NCBI RefSeq assembly: GCF_001194135.2
Contig: NC_069008.1
Span: 17,090,454 to 17,123,676 of the forward strand
Origin: Octopus bimaculoides
Lineage: Eukaryota
Direction of reading: 5' to 3'
DNA length: 33,223 bases
A program made the translations under genes and the position numbers. Position 1 is the first letter of the stretch. Every line of letters begins with the position of its first letter. Below are positions 1-13,460 of this stretch, in pieces. Under the pieces are notes generated by a model that had not been told where the DNA came from, made no database searches, and worked only from the letters and a program-made list of their open reading frames with translations.

Positions 1-393
1 GTGTGTATTACTTTATACACACACACACACACACACACATATCTAGATAAATATTTATATACAAACAAAGCAGACACACACTCCTTTGTACCATGCCTGT
101 CCTGATACCCCACCACCACTATCAATAACCCCACCCCCAGATGTCTATTACAACCCCCTCCCAGCCCTGGCACCCTTCAAAAGGGTTTGTGGTGGTGGTC
201 GTGGTGGACGGGCAGTGGGGGGGGGGCGTTTTGTTGACAACTGGCCTCTCTTATTAAATTTCAACATGTCCTCACATGCTTATGGGTTGACCAACGCCAC
301 TCTGCAATATCTCTCTCTGCTGCCTGCCAGTATTGAGGAGTGTATATAATTCTACACCACTGCTTCGCCTCCTTGGCTTGTGTATACACACAC

Positions 394-435
<42 letters not shown>

Positions 436-689
436 ACAAAAACAATCACAAACACACATGTATATAGCTATATGCTGTTCTACACGGCTCCTCTGTGGTA
501 TGTATACATGTATATACATATGCGTATATATTTTTCTTCTACCTTACAGTGTGCATATAGTATTGAGCAAAATCTGGTGTGTTGATCGTGTATAATTATA
601 CATATATATAGTGTAGCTGACATGTATATAATGTGTGTGTGTGTATTTATGTATGTGCATATATATGCATATATATATATGTGTGTATT

Positions 690-727
<38 letters not shown>

Positions 728-1481
728 TGTGTGTGTGTGTGTATGTTGTTGTTGTTCGTTCCTTCTTAAGCCATACCTGGGTCACAAGGGTCAGTTTTTA
801 TGTTTCATTGGTGGATAGGTTCCCCACCTGGACGGGACACCGGTCCGACAAAGGTGTGTGTGTGTGTGTGTGTATATATANNNNNNNNNNNNNNNNNNNN
901 NNNNNNNNNNNNNNNNNNNNNNNNNNNNNNNNNNNNNNNNNNNNNNNNNNNNNNNNNNNNNNNNNNNNNNNNNNNNNNNNNNNNNNNNNNNNNNNNNNNN
1001 NNNNNNNNNNNNNNNNNNNNNNNNNNNNNNNNNNNNNNNNNNNNNNNNNNNNNNNNNNNNNNNNNNNNNNNNNNNNNNNNNNNNNNNNNNNNNNNNNNNN
1101 NNNNNNNNNNNNNNNNNNNNNNNNNNNNNNNNNNNNNNNNNNNNNNNNNNNNNNNNNNNNNNNNNNNNNNNNNNNNNNNNNNNNNNNNNNNNNNNNNNNN
1201 NNNNNNNNNNNNNNNNNNNNNNNNNNNNNNNNNNNNNNNNNNNNNNNNNNNNNNNNNNNNNNNNNNNNNNNNNNNNNNNNNNNNNNNNNNNNNNNNNNNN
1301 NNNNNNNNNNNNNNNNNNNNNNNNNNNNNNNNNNNNNNNNNNNNNNNNNNNNNNNNNNNNNNNNNNNNNNNNNNNNNNNNNNNNNCACCAACCACATGGT
1401 TCTGGGTTCATTCCCACTGCATGGAACCTTGGGTAAGTGTCTTCTACTATAGCCTCAGGCCGACCAAATGTGTTTTTCTGA

Positions 1482-1522
<41 letters not shown>

Positions 1523-1607
1523 CATATATTAATACTTCATTTTATGTAAAGTTATCAAGTTTGCATTTGAGAAGTGGCTTTGAGTTTCATTTATAAACCA
1601 TCATATC

Positions 1608-1837
1608 TGTCTATTTGTTTATCTATCTATCTATCTATCTCTCTCTCTCTATCTGTCTATCTATCTATCTATCATCTATCTACTTATCTATCATCTATCT
1701 ATCTATTAATCTATCCAGCCATCTGTCTGTCTGTCTGTCTGTCTGTCTATATCTATCTATCTACCTTTTTATCTATCTATCTATCTATCTATTTATGTAC
1801 CTATATCTATCTATCCATCTGTCCATCCATCCATCCA

Positions 1838-1871
<34 letters not shown>
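1608..1871. repeat. (TCTA)n/(TCTG)n/(TCCA)n/(TC)n/(CA)n compound microsatellite
   Basis: Direct inspection. Confidence 0.95.
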
Positions 1872-1872
<1 letters not shown>

Positions 1873-2144
1873 ATGTTCTCTATCCCGCACTACTGGCCTT
1901 ATAATATCAACGAGCCATTCCACCTGGCTGGCAGTGGACACACAAATATAAAGCATAACTGACCGATTGAATAAATGCTAACAGCATCTAACAACACTGA
2001 CCACTGGTCTGAACATTCAGCTGGAATGAGAGGGAATGTTTGGACAACTCAGTCATTGACCAATCTCACTATACTTCCTGCAGCATAAGAGAGTTGGTCA
2101 TCAACAGAACAACGTACACCATTTGGTCAAGTAATACATTACAC

Positions 2145-2248
2145 CCACACACACACACAAACACACATGGAGACACACAGAGACACACACATATACATTC
2201 ATACATGTGTGTGTGTGTATACACATGTATACATACATATATATAAAT

Positions 2249-2280
<32 letters not shown>

Positions 2281-2440
2281 TATATACACATATATACACA
2301 TATATACACATGTACACATATATACACATATATACACATATATACACATATACACATATATACACATATATACACATATATACACATATACACATATACA
2401 CACATATACACATAGATACACATATATACACATATATATA
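2145..2440. repeat. Compound (CA)n/(TA)n/(TATACACATA)n microsatellite
   Basis: Direct inspection; source of ORFs 2069-2559. Confidence 0.95.
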
Positions 2441-2442
2441 TG

Positions 2443-2640
2443 TGTTCTTTTATTTGTTTCGGTCATTTGACTGCGACCATCCTGGATCACCGCCTTTAGT
2501 CGAGCAAATCGACCCCAGGACTTATTCTTTGTAAGCCTAGTACTTATTCTTTCGGTCACTTTTGCCGAATCGCTAAGTTACGGCAACATAGACATGCCAC
2601 AATCAGTTGTCAAGCGATGGTGGGGGAACAAACACAGACA
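2443..2640 (-). mobile_element. SINE 3' module (family c)
   Basis: TTGTTTCGGTCATTTGACTGCGACCAT…TTTAGTCGAGCAAATCGACCCCAGGACTTA. rc copies at 19720-19805 and 24530-24632. Confidence 0.8.
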
Positions 2641-2660
2641 CAAACACACACACACACATG

Positions 2661-2716
<56 letters not shown>

Positions 2717-2720
2717 TAGA

Positions 2721-2875
2721 CAGGCTTCTTTCAGTTTCCGTCTACCAAATCCACTCACAAGGTTTTAGTCAGCCGAAGGCTATATTAGAAGACATTTGCC
2801 CAAGGTGCCACGCAATGGGACTGAACCCGGAACCATGTGGTTGGTATGCAAGCTACTTACCACACAGCCACTCCT
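2721..2875 (-). mobile_element. tRNA-derived SINE (family b)
   Basis: rc head GGAGTGGCTGTGTGGTAAG…GGTTCAGTCCC (A and B boxes). Homologous copies at 17601-17735 and 28941-29095 (both -), plus partial copies at 1386-1470 (+), 15345-15435, 19140-19200 (+) and 26690-26765. Confidence 0.85.
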
Positions 2876-2904
2876 GTGCCTATAAGCCACCCAAAAGCTC
2901 CATT

Positions 2905-3200
2905 CAAGCATGGCTGATGTCAGTGCTGCCTGACTGGCACCTGTGCCGGTGGCATGTAAAAGGCACCATTCGAGCGTGGTCAATGACAGTGCCGCCCGAC
3001 TGACTATCGTGCTGGTGGCATGTAAAAAGCACCCACAACATTCTTGGAGTGGTTGGCATTAAGAAGGGCATCCAGTTGTAGAAACCTTGCCAGATCAGAT
3101 TGGAGACTGGTACAACCTTCTGGCTTGTCAGTCCTCAATCAAACCGTCCAACCCATGCCAGCATGGAAAACGGACGTTAAATGATGATGATGGTGATGAT
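2905..3200 (+). mobile_element. Retroposon-like repeat (family a) with (GAT)n tail
   Basis: GTGCCGGTGGCA…GGAGTGGTTGGCATTA.GAAGGGCATCCAG…CCAACCCATGC…GGACGTTAAATGATGATG. Copies at 12191-12478, 21625-22003, 14640-14792, 29747-29835, and inverted at 18295-18430. Confidence 0.85.
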
Positions 3201-3415
3201 ATGAGCATTGAGGTTCACAGAGGCAAAGGGGCTGAGTTCCTTTTCGAGCACTGGGCCTCATGGAGGCAATGGCCGAGGTCTGTGGCATTCTGTTGTGCTT
3301 GAGACGAAAACCCATCAAGCCAAGTAAAATCACAGTTGTGGCAGATACCAGTGTCACGCAAATGGCACCCGTGCCGGTGGCACATAAGAGCAGCCATTAC
3401 ACTCTCAGAGTGGTT

Positions 3416-3727
3416 TTGCCCAATCTACCCATCTTAAATGGACATTCTAACTGACCACTATAACTGGCCACATCCTCCTGTCTTTGACCAGTCTACCCAT
3501 TTTATTTTAAATGGACATTTCTAACTGACCACTACAACTGGCTACATTCTCCTGTTTTTGACCAGTCTACCCGGCTTAAATGGACTTTTATAACTGACCA
3601 CTATAACTGGCCACAATTTTCTGTTTTTGACCAATCTACCCATCTTAAATGGACATTTCTAACTGACCACTCTATTCTATTTTAGACCAATCTACACAGG
3701 TGTAATGGACAGCTGTAACTGACCAAC
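3416..3727. repeat. Minisatellite, ~69-bp unit, ~4.5 copies
   Basis: GACCA.TCTACC recurs at 3418, 3486, 3560, 3629 and 3685. Each unit carries TTAAATGGAC and TAACTGACCAC. Confidence 0.9.
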
Positions 3728-5542
3728 AGATGTGTATACACAATACATATATATACATACATACATATACGCATAGATATACAACACGGCGAAAGTGGAC
3801 AAGAAATTTTGGAATTACTATCAATGTGAAACTGACCAATGGACAGAGATAAACTTCATCACCACCACCACCAACAACAACAACAACATCATCATCATCA
3901 TCACCACTGACAATAACAACAGCAACAGAACTCTACAAAAATGGTAAGCGAATGCCCTTCTCTTTTGTAAACCCTTCCTACAATAAACTCAAATTATCAT
4001 CACCATCATCATCGTCGTCATCATAATTGCCATCATTATCATCATCATCACTATCACCACCACCACCACCACCACCACCACCACCACAGCTACAGTCACC
4101 CTGTCTGCTTTGTGTGCAGTAGCCACCCAGCTCTCTACCCTGAATACAAAACACTAATGGATATTTGCTGTTCACCTGACACGCCTCTCCCTCCACCTCC
4201 TACCCATTTCNNNNNNNNNNNNNNNNNNNNNNNNNNNNNNNNNNNNNNNNNNNNNNNNNNNNNNNNNNNNNNNNNNNNNNNNNNNNNNNNNNNNNNNNNN
4301 NNNNNNNNNNNNNNNNNNNNNNNNNNNNNNNNNNNNNNNNNNNNNNNNNNNNNNNNNNNNNNNNNNNNNNNNNNNNNNNNNNNNNNNNNNNNNNNNNNNN
4401 NNNNNNNNNNNNNNNNNNNNNNNNNNNNNNNNNNNNNNNNNNNNNNNNNNNNNNNNNNNNNNNNNNNNNNNNNNNNNNNNNNNNNNNNNNNNNNNNNNNN
4501 NNNNNNNNNNNNNNNNNNNNNNNNNNNNNNNNNNNNNNNNNNNNNNNNNNNNNNNNNNNNNNNNNNNNNNNNNNNNNNNNNNNNNNNNNNNNNNNNNNNN
4601 NNNNNNNNNNNNNNNNNNNNNNNNNNNNNNNNNNNNNNNNNNNNNNNNNNNNNNNNNNNNNNNNNNNNNNNNNNNNNNNNNNNNNNNNNNNNNNNNNNNN
4701 NNNNNNNNNNNNNNNNNNNNNNNNNNNNNNNNNNNNNNNNNNNNNNNNNNNNNNNNNNNNNNNNNNNNNNNNNNNNNNNNNNNNNNNNNNNNNNNNNNNN
4801 NNNNNNNNNNNNNNNNNNNNNNNNNNNNNNNNNNNNNNNNNNNNNNNNNNNNNNNNNNNNNNNNNNNNNNNNNNNNNNNNNNNNNNNNNNNNNNNNNNNN
4901 NNNNNNNNNNNNNNNNNNNNNNNNNNNNNNNNNNNNNNNNNNNNNNNNNNNNNNNNNNNNNNNNTTCTCCCCATTCCTCACCCTTTTTTACTATCTTATA
5001 TATCTCTCTCCACCCTTACACATTCAATAATACTATAAAAAGAGACAAATCCTCTGAAGTGAAATCATATTTTGAAGAACCTACAAGAATAGGTGCAAGT
5101 GCTAATATTTATAAAATCATGTGACATATGAATAAAAATCTGTAAATGTACAGCCATCCAGATATCTGAGTACCTTATTATAACGAAACCCCCAAGTATT
5201 GTAAAATACATCTACCCAGGGTTTTTTCCTTGCTAAATTACAAGTCCCTCCATTGTAAGCATTTAACATAGTCTTCTGTATAGGATTTTTTTGGCAGAAT
5301 AGTCAATATGAAAGAGATCCATCAGGGCACAGGATACTTGTATGGTTGAGCACTCAACTGTACTGACTAAGCGTTGCCAATCTTAAGAAGAATCTATGAT
5401 AGTCACTTCAGTACGATAGCTATAAATTATGGAGGTAAGACTTCAATAAGTAGAAAAGCAGTGAATCATTTACGAGAGGGAAGATAATGTCATATTATCT
5501 TAGTTGATCGAGTGCTTTTCCATTTGTTAAACTCCTGCCACA

Positions 5543-5582
<40 letters not shown>

Positions 5583-7087
5583 NNNNNNNNNNNNNNNNNN
5601 NNNNNNNNNNNNNNNNNNNNNNNNNNNNNNNNNNNNNNNNNNNNNNNNNNNNNNNNNNNNNNNNNNNNNNNNNNNNNNNNNNNNNNNNNNNNNNNNNNNN
5701 NNNNNNNNNNNNNNNNNNNNNNNNNNNNNNNNNNNNNNNNNNNNNNNNNNNNNNNNNNNNNNNNNNNNNNNNNNNNNNNNNNNNNNNNNNNNNNNNNNNN
5801 NNNNNNNNNNNNNNNNNNNNNNNNNNNNNNNNNNNNNNNNNNNNNNNNNNNNNNNNNNNNNNNNNNNNNNNNNNNNNNNNNNNNNNNNNNNNNNNNNNNN
5901 NNNNNNNNNNNNNNNNNNNNNNNNNNNNNNNNNNNNNNNNNNNNNNNNNNNNNNNNNNNNNNNNNNNNNNNNNNNNNNNNNNNNNNNNNNNNNNNNNNNN
6001 NNNNNNNNNNNNNNNNNNNNNNNNNNNNNNNNNNNNNNNNNNNNNNNNNNNNNNNNNNNNNNNNNNNNNNNNNNNNNNNNNNNNNNNNNNNNNNNNNNNN
6101 NNNNNNNNNNNNNNNNNNNNNNNNNNNNNNNNNNNNNNNNNNNNNNNNNNNNNNNNNNNNNNNNNNNNNNNNNNNNNNNNNNNNNNNNNNNNNNNNNNNN
6201 NNNNNNNNNNNNNNNNNNNNNNNNNNNNNNNNNNNNNNNNNNNNNNNNNNNNNNNNNNNNNNNNNNNNNNNNNNNNNNNNNNNNNNNNNNNNNNNNNNNN
6301 NNNNNNNNNNNNNTATATATATATATATATATGAACTATACATCCTCTGGTCAGCCGAGTGCTACTTACAGACCACACTCATGGATAAGCAATCCTTGGC
6401 CATGTCTACAAAGAATATCCTGATCCCAAACAGGGATCTCTACATGGAACCCTTATAACAGAAAACTGACTTCATCACAGATTTATAATACTTTTCCTCA
6501 AGCCCTTTAATTCTCCATATCATTAATATTCTGTGTAAGCCGGACCATTTTGTATGTATATATACACATATATATACATATATATATACATCTTTTGTAT
6601 TTCATGTATTCAATATACTTTATATATTGATGTATTTATGTATTTATATCAGTATTTGTCTTCCCCTCCACCATTCCACAGCCATTTTTCTTTATCAACG
6701 TGCTTTTAACTTTCGGCTATTGACTCCAGTTCTTTCTCTACAAAAACCACAATAGTCTCTGTTTGTCGCTAAGGTGTGTTATATGTTATGGCTCCGCCAT
6801 TGTGTTCTAGTGTTTTCTATGGATTCTTTGTTTGATTTATTCCGGTTTTTATTTCACCAAAGGAATTCTGGTTGTTGCTAATGGATATTTGAACTTTTTT
6901 TTTTCTTTTTTTTATCCTATCTGGGTTAGTTGTTTGTTGATTGTTATTTGTTGTTTGTTGTTAGTAGCTGCTGATGTTGATGGGCTTAGTGACTGAGTTT
7001 AGTGTTGGGGGATATCAGGGTTGGGGAGGAGGTAAATGGAAGTGGTTGAGGTTTGTGATAGATAAATAGATAGATAAACAGAGAGAT

Positions 7088-7141
<54 letters not shown>

Positions 7142-7939
7142 GCATATATATATAGATAGATAGATACATTCGTAGATGGAAAACAGACAGATGGATATAT
7201 ATATATATATATATAGATAGATAGATATATATGTATACATATAAATATAGAGAGATAGATAGACAGACAGAGAGACAAATAGATAGATACTCTCGGCCAT
7301 ATCTTTGAGTACTTTATTCTAAGTGACCAGGCATAGCTTTTTGTTTTAACTTGTCACCCCTTGAATCTCTCCCTTTTTCTCTCCCCCCACTCTCAACCTT
7401 TGTGTGTGTGTATGTGTGTGTGTATATATATAGTATACAAGTCATCGTAGACTTATGACCACAATTGGTTCCGACTGACCAGTCATCAGTCAATTTGGTC
7501 CTAAGTGGGCTTATAAGTCTACATAGTTTTGCTTCATATTTTTACATTCTTAAGGTACATTCTCAGGTGAAAGTCACACACACCATTCTATATTATACAG
7601 TTACGAGCTGGCCCCGTGCTGTTTTTTAGTTTAATAATTCTTTGATTACCAAATTTTTTGTGAAAAATCTGTCAACAGCTAACATCGCTTGATTAATTAT
7701 TTTTAAGAAAACAGATAGAATATGGATGGTAAATCAAATTGATACACTTGTCAATGTTATCTAATGGTTGTCTGTTGAGACGTGACATCGATCATCCTTT
7801 GTTACTGAAAGAAAGCTGGGTCACACATACAAACATTCACACACTTCCCTTGTACACACACACATACACATATACTCAGAGTTGAAATGCTGTTTGATTT
7901 TTCTTTTCAGCATTGAATGTCCACCATCCCACTTCCATT

Positions 7940-8325
7940 GCACACACATACACACAAATATTCACATACTTCCCTTTTACATACACACACACACATATAT
8001 ACATACACATATATATATACATACACACATACATACATACGTACATACATACATATATATATATATGTACATACGTACATATATACATACATACATATAT
8101 ACGTACATACATATATATGTACATACATACATACACATGCATAAACACACATACATCCATACATGCATACATACACACACACATGTATACGTACATACAT
8201 ATGTACATACATACACACTCATACATACATATATATACATACATAACATGCATACATACATATATACATACATACACACATACATATATATATTTGTATA
8301 ATATATAAACACACACGCACACATA
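7940..8325. repeat. (TACA)n/(CA)n/(TA)n compound microsatellite
   Basis: Direct inspection; source of ORFs 7876-8418. Confidence 0.95.
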
Positions 8326-9429
8326 CAAGCAAAAAACATAAATCTGTTGGACACATGGCCATATTTTACAGATTAATTGTTTTTGTAAGGTCGGTCCAGG
8401 GTGGGAAGAGGGTAGCAAACTGCACGAAATGACTCTGCCAGAGGGGGGTATCCCAGAAGGTGGGGGAGAGAACNNNNNNNNNNNNNNNNNNNNNNNNNNG
8501 GGGGGGGTCTATTATGTAAAAGTAATAAATAAATTCTCAATTCTATCCGTTGATATGTATATCCTACGGCACAATAAATTTTTATGTTGAAATTGAAATG
8601 GATGTCGGTTTGGTCACGTGGTTAAGAGCCTCGTTTAGCAGCTATGTGGTTCCGAGTTCAATCTCATTACACAGCAATTTCTGCTATTGTCACCGGTTGA
8701 CCAAAAAGCTTTGTGAATGGATTGCATAGGTAGAAAAATGGGAAAAGCTTGTGTATACGTGTGTGCATGTGTGTGTATGTGTGTGTATGTGTTTGTATTT
8801 GTGTTAAATGATGGTTAAAAGGGGATATTAAATGGTAAAAAAGGGGATGTTAAATGATGAAGTATCTATGTACATGTATACACTACATGTATTGGGAATG
8901 CATGTCTCTTTGTCTCGACATTGTGTGATGGTTGTAAACGAGTTCCACTGACATCTAAGCAGTGCTGTTCATTTCCAGTCTTCTGTGGAAACCATACCTG
9001 GTAATGGAGGAATAATAAGCTACTTGGAAACAGGTGAGAATGAGTGAGAGGAAGGGTATCCAGGTGTAGAAACCACCCTTAGCACAGTCCCATGGTTCGT
9101 CGGCACCTGATAAACCATGCAACCCATTCCATTGAGGCCACAAAACTTTCGTTAATTGAGAAGGATCTGCAGTTAATTAGTTTCGTTGGTTTATTCATTT
9201 TCTTTGTTGTTTTTAGAGGGAGTTTTCACTTCCTAATTGTCCTTCTAATACTCTTAGAGGAACTAATTGTCTTCTAATTACATCTTCTAATGATCGTTAA
9301 TTATTCTTGTCCACCCTATTGCTGTTAACTTTTACTTGAATGACAAGTCTCGATGTCGGGTCTGGGTCTATGTCAAATAGACCCTCTCTTCCTCCCTGGG
9401 TTAGATAATGCGGTGATAATGGGGTATTT

Positions 9430-9856
9430 GGTGGTAGTGGTTGTGGTGGTGGTGGTGGTGGGATTGGTTGTTGTGGTGGCGGTAGCAGTGGTTCATGGCA
9501 ATGGTTGTAGTGGTGGTGGTGGTGGTGGTGGTGGTGGTGGTTGTGGCGGCGGTGGCGGTGGTGATGGTAGTGATGATGGTAATGGTGGTGGTGGTGAGTC
9601 CCCGTATCATTACTGGTATAACCATTGATACTTCAACACTACACTAACAACCACCGTAACACAACCACCACCACCACCATCACCACCACCACCAACATCA
9701 CCATCGTCATCAACACCACCACTACCAACAAAACCACCACTATCGCCATCATCGCCAACACCACTGCTACCAGCTACTACCACCACTACAACTACCAGCC
9801 ACACCACCACCACCACCACCACTACTACCATCCCCACCGCCAAAACCACAATAATC
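9430..9856. repeat. (GGT)n then (ACC/CAC)n trinucleotide low-complexity tracts in opposite orientation
   Basis: Direct inspection; source of poly-V/T/H/G ORFs. Confidence 0.9.
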
Positions 9857-10676
9857 NNNNNNNNNNNNNNNNNNNNNNNNNNNNNNNNNNNNNNNNNNNN
9901 NNNNNNNNNNNNNNNNNNNNNNNNNNNNNNNNNNNNNNNNNNNNNNNNNNNNNNNNNNNNNNNNNNNNNNNNNNNNNNNNNNNNNNNNNNNNNNNNNNNN
10001 NNNNNNNNNNNNNNNNNNNNNNNNNNNNNNNNNNNNNNNNNNNNNNNNNNNNNNNNNNNNNNNNNNNNNNNNNNNNNNNNNNNNNNNNNNNNNNNNNNNN
10101 NNNNNNNNNNNNNNNNNNNNNNNNNNNNNNNNNNNNNNNNNNNNNNNNNNNNNNNNNNNNNNNNNNNNNNNNNNNNNNNNNNNNNNNNNNNNNNNNNNNN
10201 NNNNNNNNNNNNNNNNNNNNNNNNNNNNNNNNNNNNNNNNNNNNNNNNNNNNNNNNNNNNNNNNNNNNNNNNNNNNNNNNNNNNNNNNNNNNNNNNNNNN
10301 NNNNNNNNNNNNNNNNNNNNNNNNNNNNNNNNNNNNNNNNNNNNNNNNNNNNNNNNNNNNNNNNNNNNNNNNNNNNNNNNNNNNNNNNNNNNNNNNNNNN
10401 NNNNNNNNNNNNNNNNNNNNNNNNNNNNNNNNNNNNNNNNNNNNNNNNNNNNNNNNNNNNNNNNNNNNNNNNNNNNNNNNNNNNNNNNNNNNNNNNNNNN
10501 NNNNNNNNNNNNNNNNNNNNNNNNNNNNNNNNNNNNNNNNNNNNNNNNNNNNNNNNNNNNNNNNNNNNNNNNNNNNNNNNNNNNNNNNNNNNNNNNNNNN
10601 NNNNNNNNNNNNNNNNNNNNNNNNNNNNNNNNNNNNNNNNNNNNNNNNNNNNNNNNNNNNNNNNNNNNNNNNNNNN

Positions 10677-10713
<37 letters not shown>

Positions 10714-11015
10714 ATACAAAACTAATGTATTTAGTTTTCACTGAACACTGATATAAACCAGAGAACAAGGATGCTAGCGTCCCTCAAACGATTATAGGTC
10801 CTTCATGCAATTAAATTATATATATATATATACATATATACACATATCATATATATGTGTGTATGTATATGTATATAAGGTTCGGCAATACAAACAGGAA
10901 AAGACAGGAATTGAAACGCGAGGATATATATTTTTATTAATATTTAGTAGAAGTAAGACAGTGACACAAGGGCCGAAAGTGTCGTGTGTTAACATTTACC
11001 AAACCACTCAAATAG

Positions 11016-11046
<31 letters not shown>

Positions 11047-12190
11047 TAATAAGGATTATTATTATTAATATTATTATATATATAGAATTATCATTGGATT
11101 TATATATCAACCGCTGAATAACCTATTCGAAATACCTGTGACAAAACGAGTAAAGATTTGGAGAAACCCCTTGCTAATTACAAATATACATACATATATA
11201 TATATATATATATATGTGTGTGTATATATATGTATATATATGAATGGACAGAAGTATGCCTGGCTAAATTATGAAGCTTAAAGCACAGCAAGGATTACGG
11301 TTATTCTGAAATTGGGACACGAGGAAATACCTAACGACACTGTGATGCATATGAATTCTACATTCCGTTTTTCTAAAGAGCTCCGTGGCCACCACCTCTT
11401 AATTCTGCACCCAGCCACTGCAGAGATGCAGCACTGTATACTCGTAAACTTAGGTATCCACTTGTTTTCGGATGTCTTTCAAGTGCTCAGAACCCTCCTG
11501 ATAACCCTTCGTGTCCCTAAATGATAAACTTTCTGCAGGAATTATTATCATTATTATTATTATTATCATTATTATTATTATTATTATCATTATTATTATC
11601 ATTACTACTTTTATAAATCTCTTTGCGAAATAGCATCACATTACCCCCAGCAAATAAAACTGGGGTTGGCCAGCACCCTTGTCCCCTACTCGGTCGCACG
11701 CCAACACGACAACGTGGTCAAGTGACANNNNNNNNNNNNNNNNNNNNNNNNNNNNNNNNNNNNNNNNNNNNNNNNNNNNNNNNNNNNNNNNNNNNNNNNN
11801 NNNNNNNNNNNNNNNNNNNNNNNNNNNNNNNNNNNNNNNNNNNNNNNNNNNNNNNNNNNNNNNNNNNNNNNNNNNNNNNNNNNNNNNNNNNNNNNNNNNN
11901 NNNNNNNNNNNNNNNNNNNNNNNNNNNNNNNNNNNNNNNNNNNNNNNNNNNNNNNNNNNNNNNNNNNNNNNNNNNNNNNNNNNNNNNNNNNNNNNNNNNN
12001 NNNNNNNNNNNNNNNNNNNNNNNNNNNNNNNNNNNNNNNNNNNNNNNNNNNNNNNNNNNNNNNNNNNNNNNNNNNNNNNNNNNNNNNNNNNNNNNNNNNN
12101 NNNNNNNNNNNNNNNNNNNNNNNNNNNNNCAGACAGTTTAACTGTCCAACAAACGAAAATATGAAACTCTAAGTAGCAGATTTTTTGTGA

Positions 12191-12478
12191 TATTTTTGTG
12201 AGCGAGACCGTTGCCAGTGCCCCTGGACTGGCTCTTGTGCAGGTGGCATGTAAAATACACCATTTTGAGCGTGGCCGTTGCCAGTACCACCTGACTGGCC
12301 TTTGTGCCGGTGGCACGTAAAAGCACCCACTACACTCTCGGAGTGGTTGGCATTAGGAAGGGCATCCAGCTGTAGAAACTCTGCCAGATCAGATTGGAGC
12401 CTGGTGTAGCCATCTGGTTCACCAGTCCTCAGTCAAATCGTCCAACCCATGCTAGCATGGAAAGCGGACGTTAAATGA
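12191..12478 (+). mobile_element. Retroposon-like repeat (family a)
   Basis: Near-identical over ~200 bp to 21780-21975. Confidence 0.85.
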
Positions 12479-12620
12479 TAAACGAAATGAATGATTACTC
12501 TACCTCTGGTATTCAAGTACTATTTCCCCCCACATTTATGTGCTTACTTTGGTATATATATATGTGTGTGTGTGTGTTTACTCATATAATGATATATAGA
12601 TTGATAGGCATTTTGGTATA

Positions 12621-12832
12621 CCGGATGGCCAAAAAGTAGATTTACAGTTATCACGTAGGCACTTTAAATTTATTCTAAAATATTTTATTACATTTAAATT
12701 TCTATCTTACAATTAACTATATTAGCATAGAATAATGGTTTCATATTTTTTTGTAATTAAGATCTAAACTGTTAATTTATGAATGCAAAAGAGATTGTTG
12801 AATAATTGTAAACCTACTTTTGGGCCACCCTG
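12621..12832. mobile_element. Tc1/mariner-type MITE (~212 bp)
   Basis: TIRs CCGGATGGCCAAAAAGTAGATTTACAG / rc CAGGGTGGCCCAAAAGTAGGTTTACAA, TA on both flanks, AT-rich interior. Confidence 0.85.
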
Positions 12833-13129
12833 TATACATGCACTCACATACTGACACATACACACACACAGACATACACAGATAACACATATACACATAA
12901 AGTAGGGGCCCTACCCCACCCCAAAATCTCCATCTACCCTGTTATCATATTCAACTCGCAACACATTTGTCAACATGTAGCTATAATCTACAATAGAATA
13001 GATGGCCCTTAACATCATAGTCCCCACTGCCAGAGATTAGGATTGAACCGAACATCCTGCCTTCCATAACCAAACTTCTTACCCACATGGTTATGTGTAC
13101 ACCTGTGTTTCCATTGGATACATAACTCG

Positions 13130-13330
13130 TACAGCAGCGCCACCTGGATAAACAAGACGAAACGAGACGAGAGGAAACTAGATACGACGAAGTAAGACGG
13201 AGCGCGAACAGGTCAAGGCATGTATGTCTCTACACTCACATTTGGGATTGTCAACGATTGACTTATTGAGGTTGGGTTGCCACTAATTCTTGGTGTCGTG
13301 TTTCGGGGGTCACCACCTTAGCAACAAACT
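13130..13330. promoter_or_regulatory. Candidate promoter/insulator upstream of the C1orf87-like gene
   Basis: CpG-rich unique island with CAGCGCCACCTGG (13135-47, CTCF-like), ATAAACA (13148-54, forkhead-like), GTTGCCA (13276-82) and TTAGCAAC (13318-25, RFX half-site-like). Confidence 0.35.
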
Positions 13331-13391
13331 GCACAACAGGCCGAAAACAGAAAGGCTGGCAGTTTGGAAGAGAATAGGAATTATATACACT

Positions 13392-13404
13392 CGTGTGTGT
13401 GTGT

Positions 13405-13460
<56 letters not shown>

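Noticed and set aside
3416-3727. CRISPR-like periodicity of this and the 27.4-kb array
   Set aside because: Whole units are repeated with no unique spacers, there are no cas genes, and the context is eukaryotic.
5174-5275. Minus-strand 102-nt open segment (KTMLNAYNGGTCNLARKKPWVDVFYNTWGFRYNK) between AG and GT
   Set aside because: The acceptor has an A7 run instead of a pyrimidine tract. No recognisable homology, and the nearest candidate downstream exon (5020-5080) hits a stop in the joined frame.
7455-7495. Minus-strand CTGATGA followed by a short palindrome (third hammerhead candidate)
   Set aside because: The second core strand reads GGAAC, not GAAA, and no stem I or III forms.
11300-11520. 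ORF 11312-11524 and minus-strand ELREVVATELFRKRNVEFICIT, faintly like an RTE-LINE endonuclease start
   Set aside because: Similarity is too weak and stop-interrupted to call without a search.
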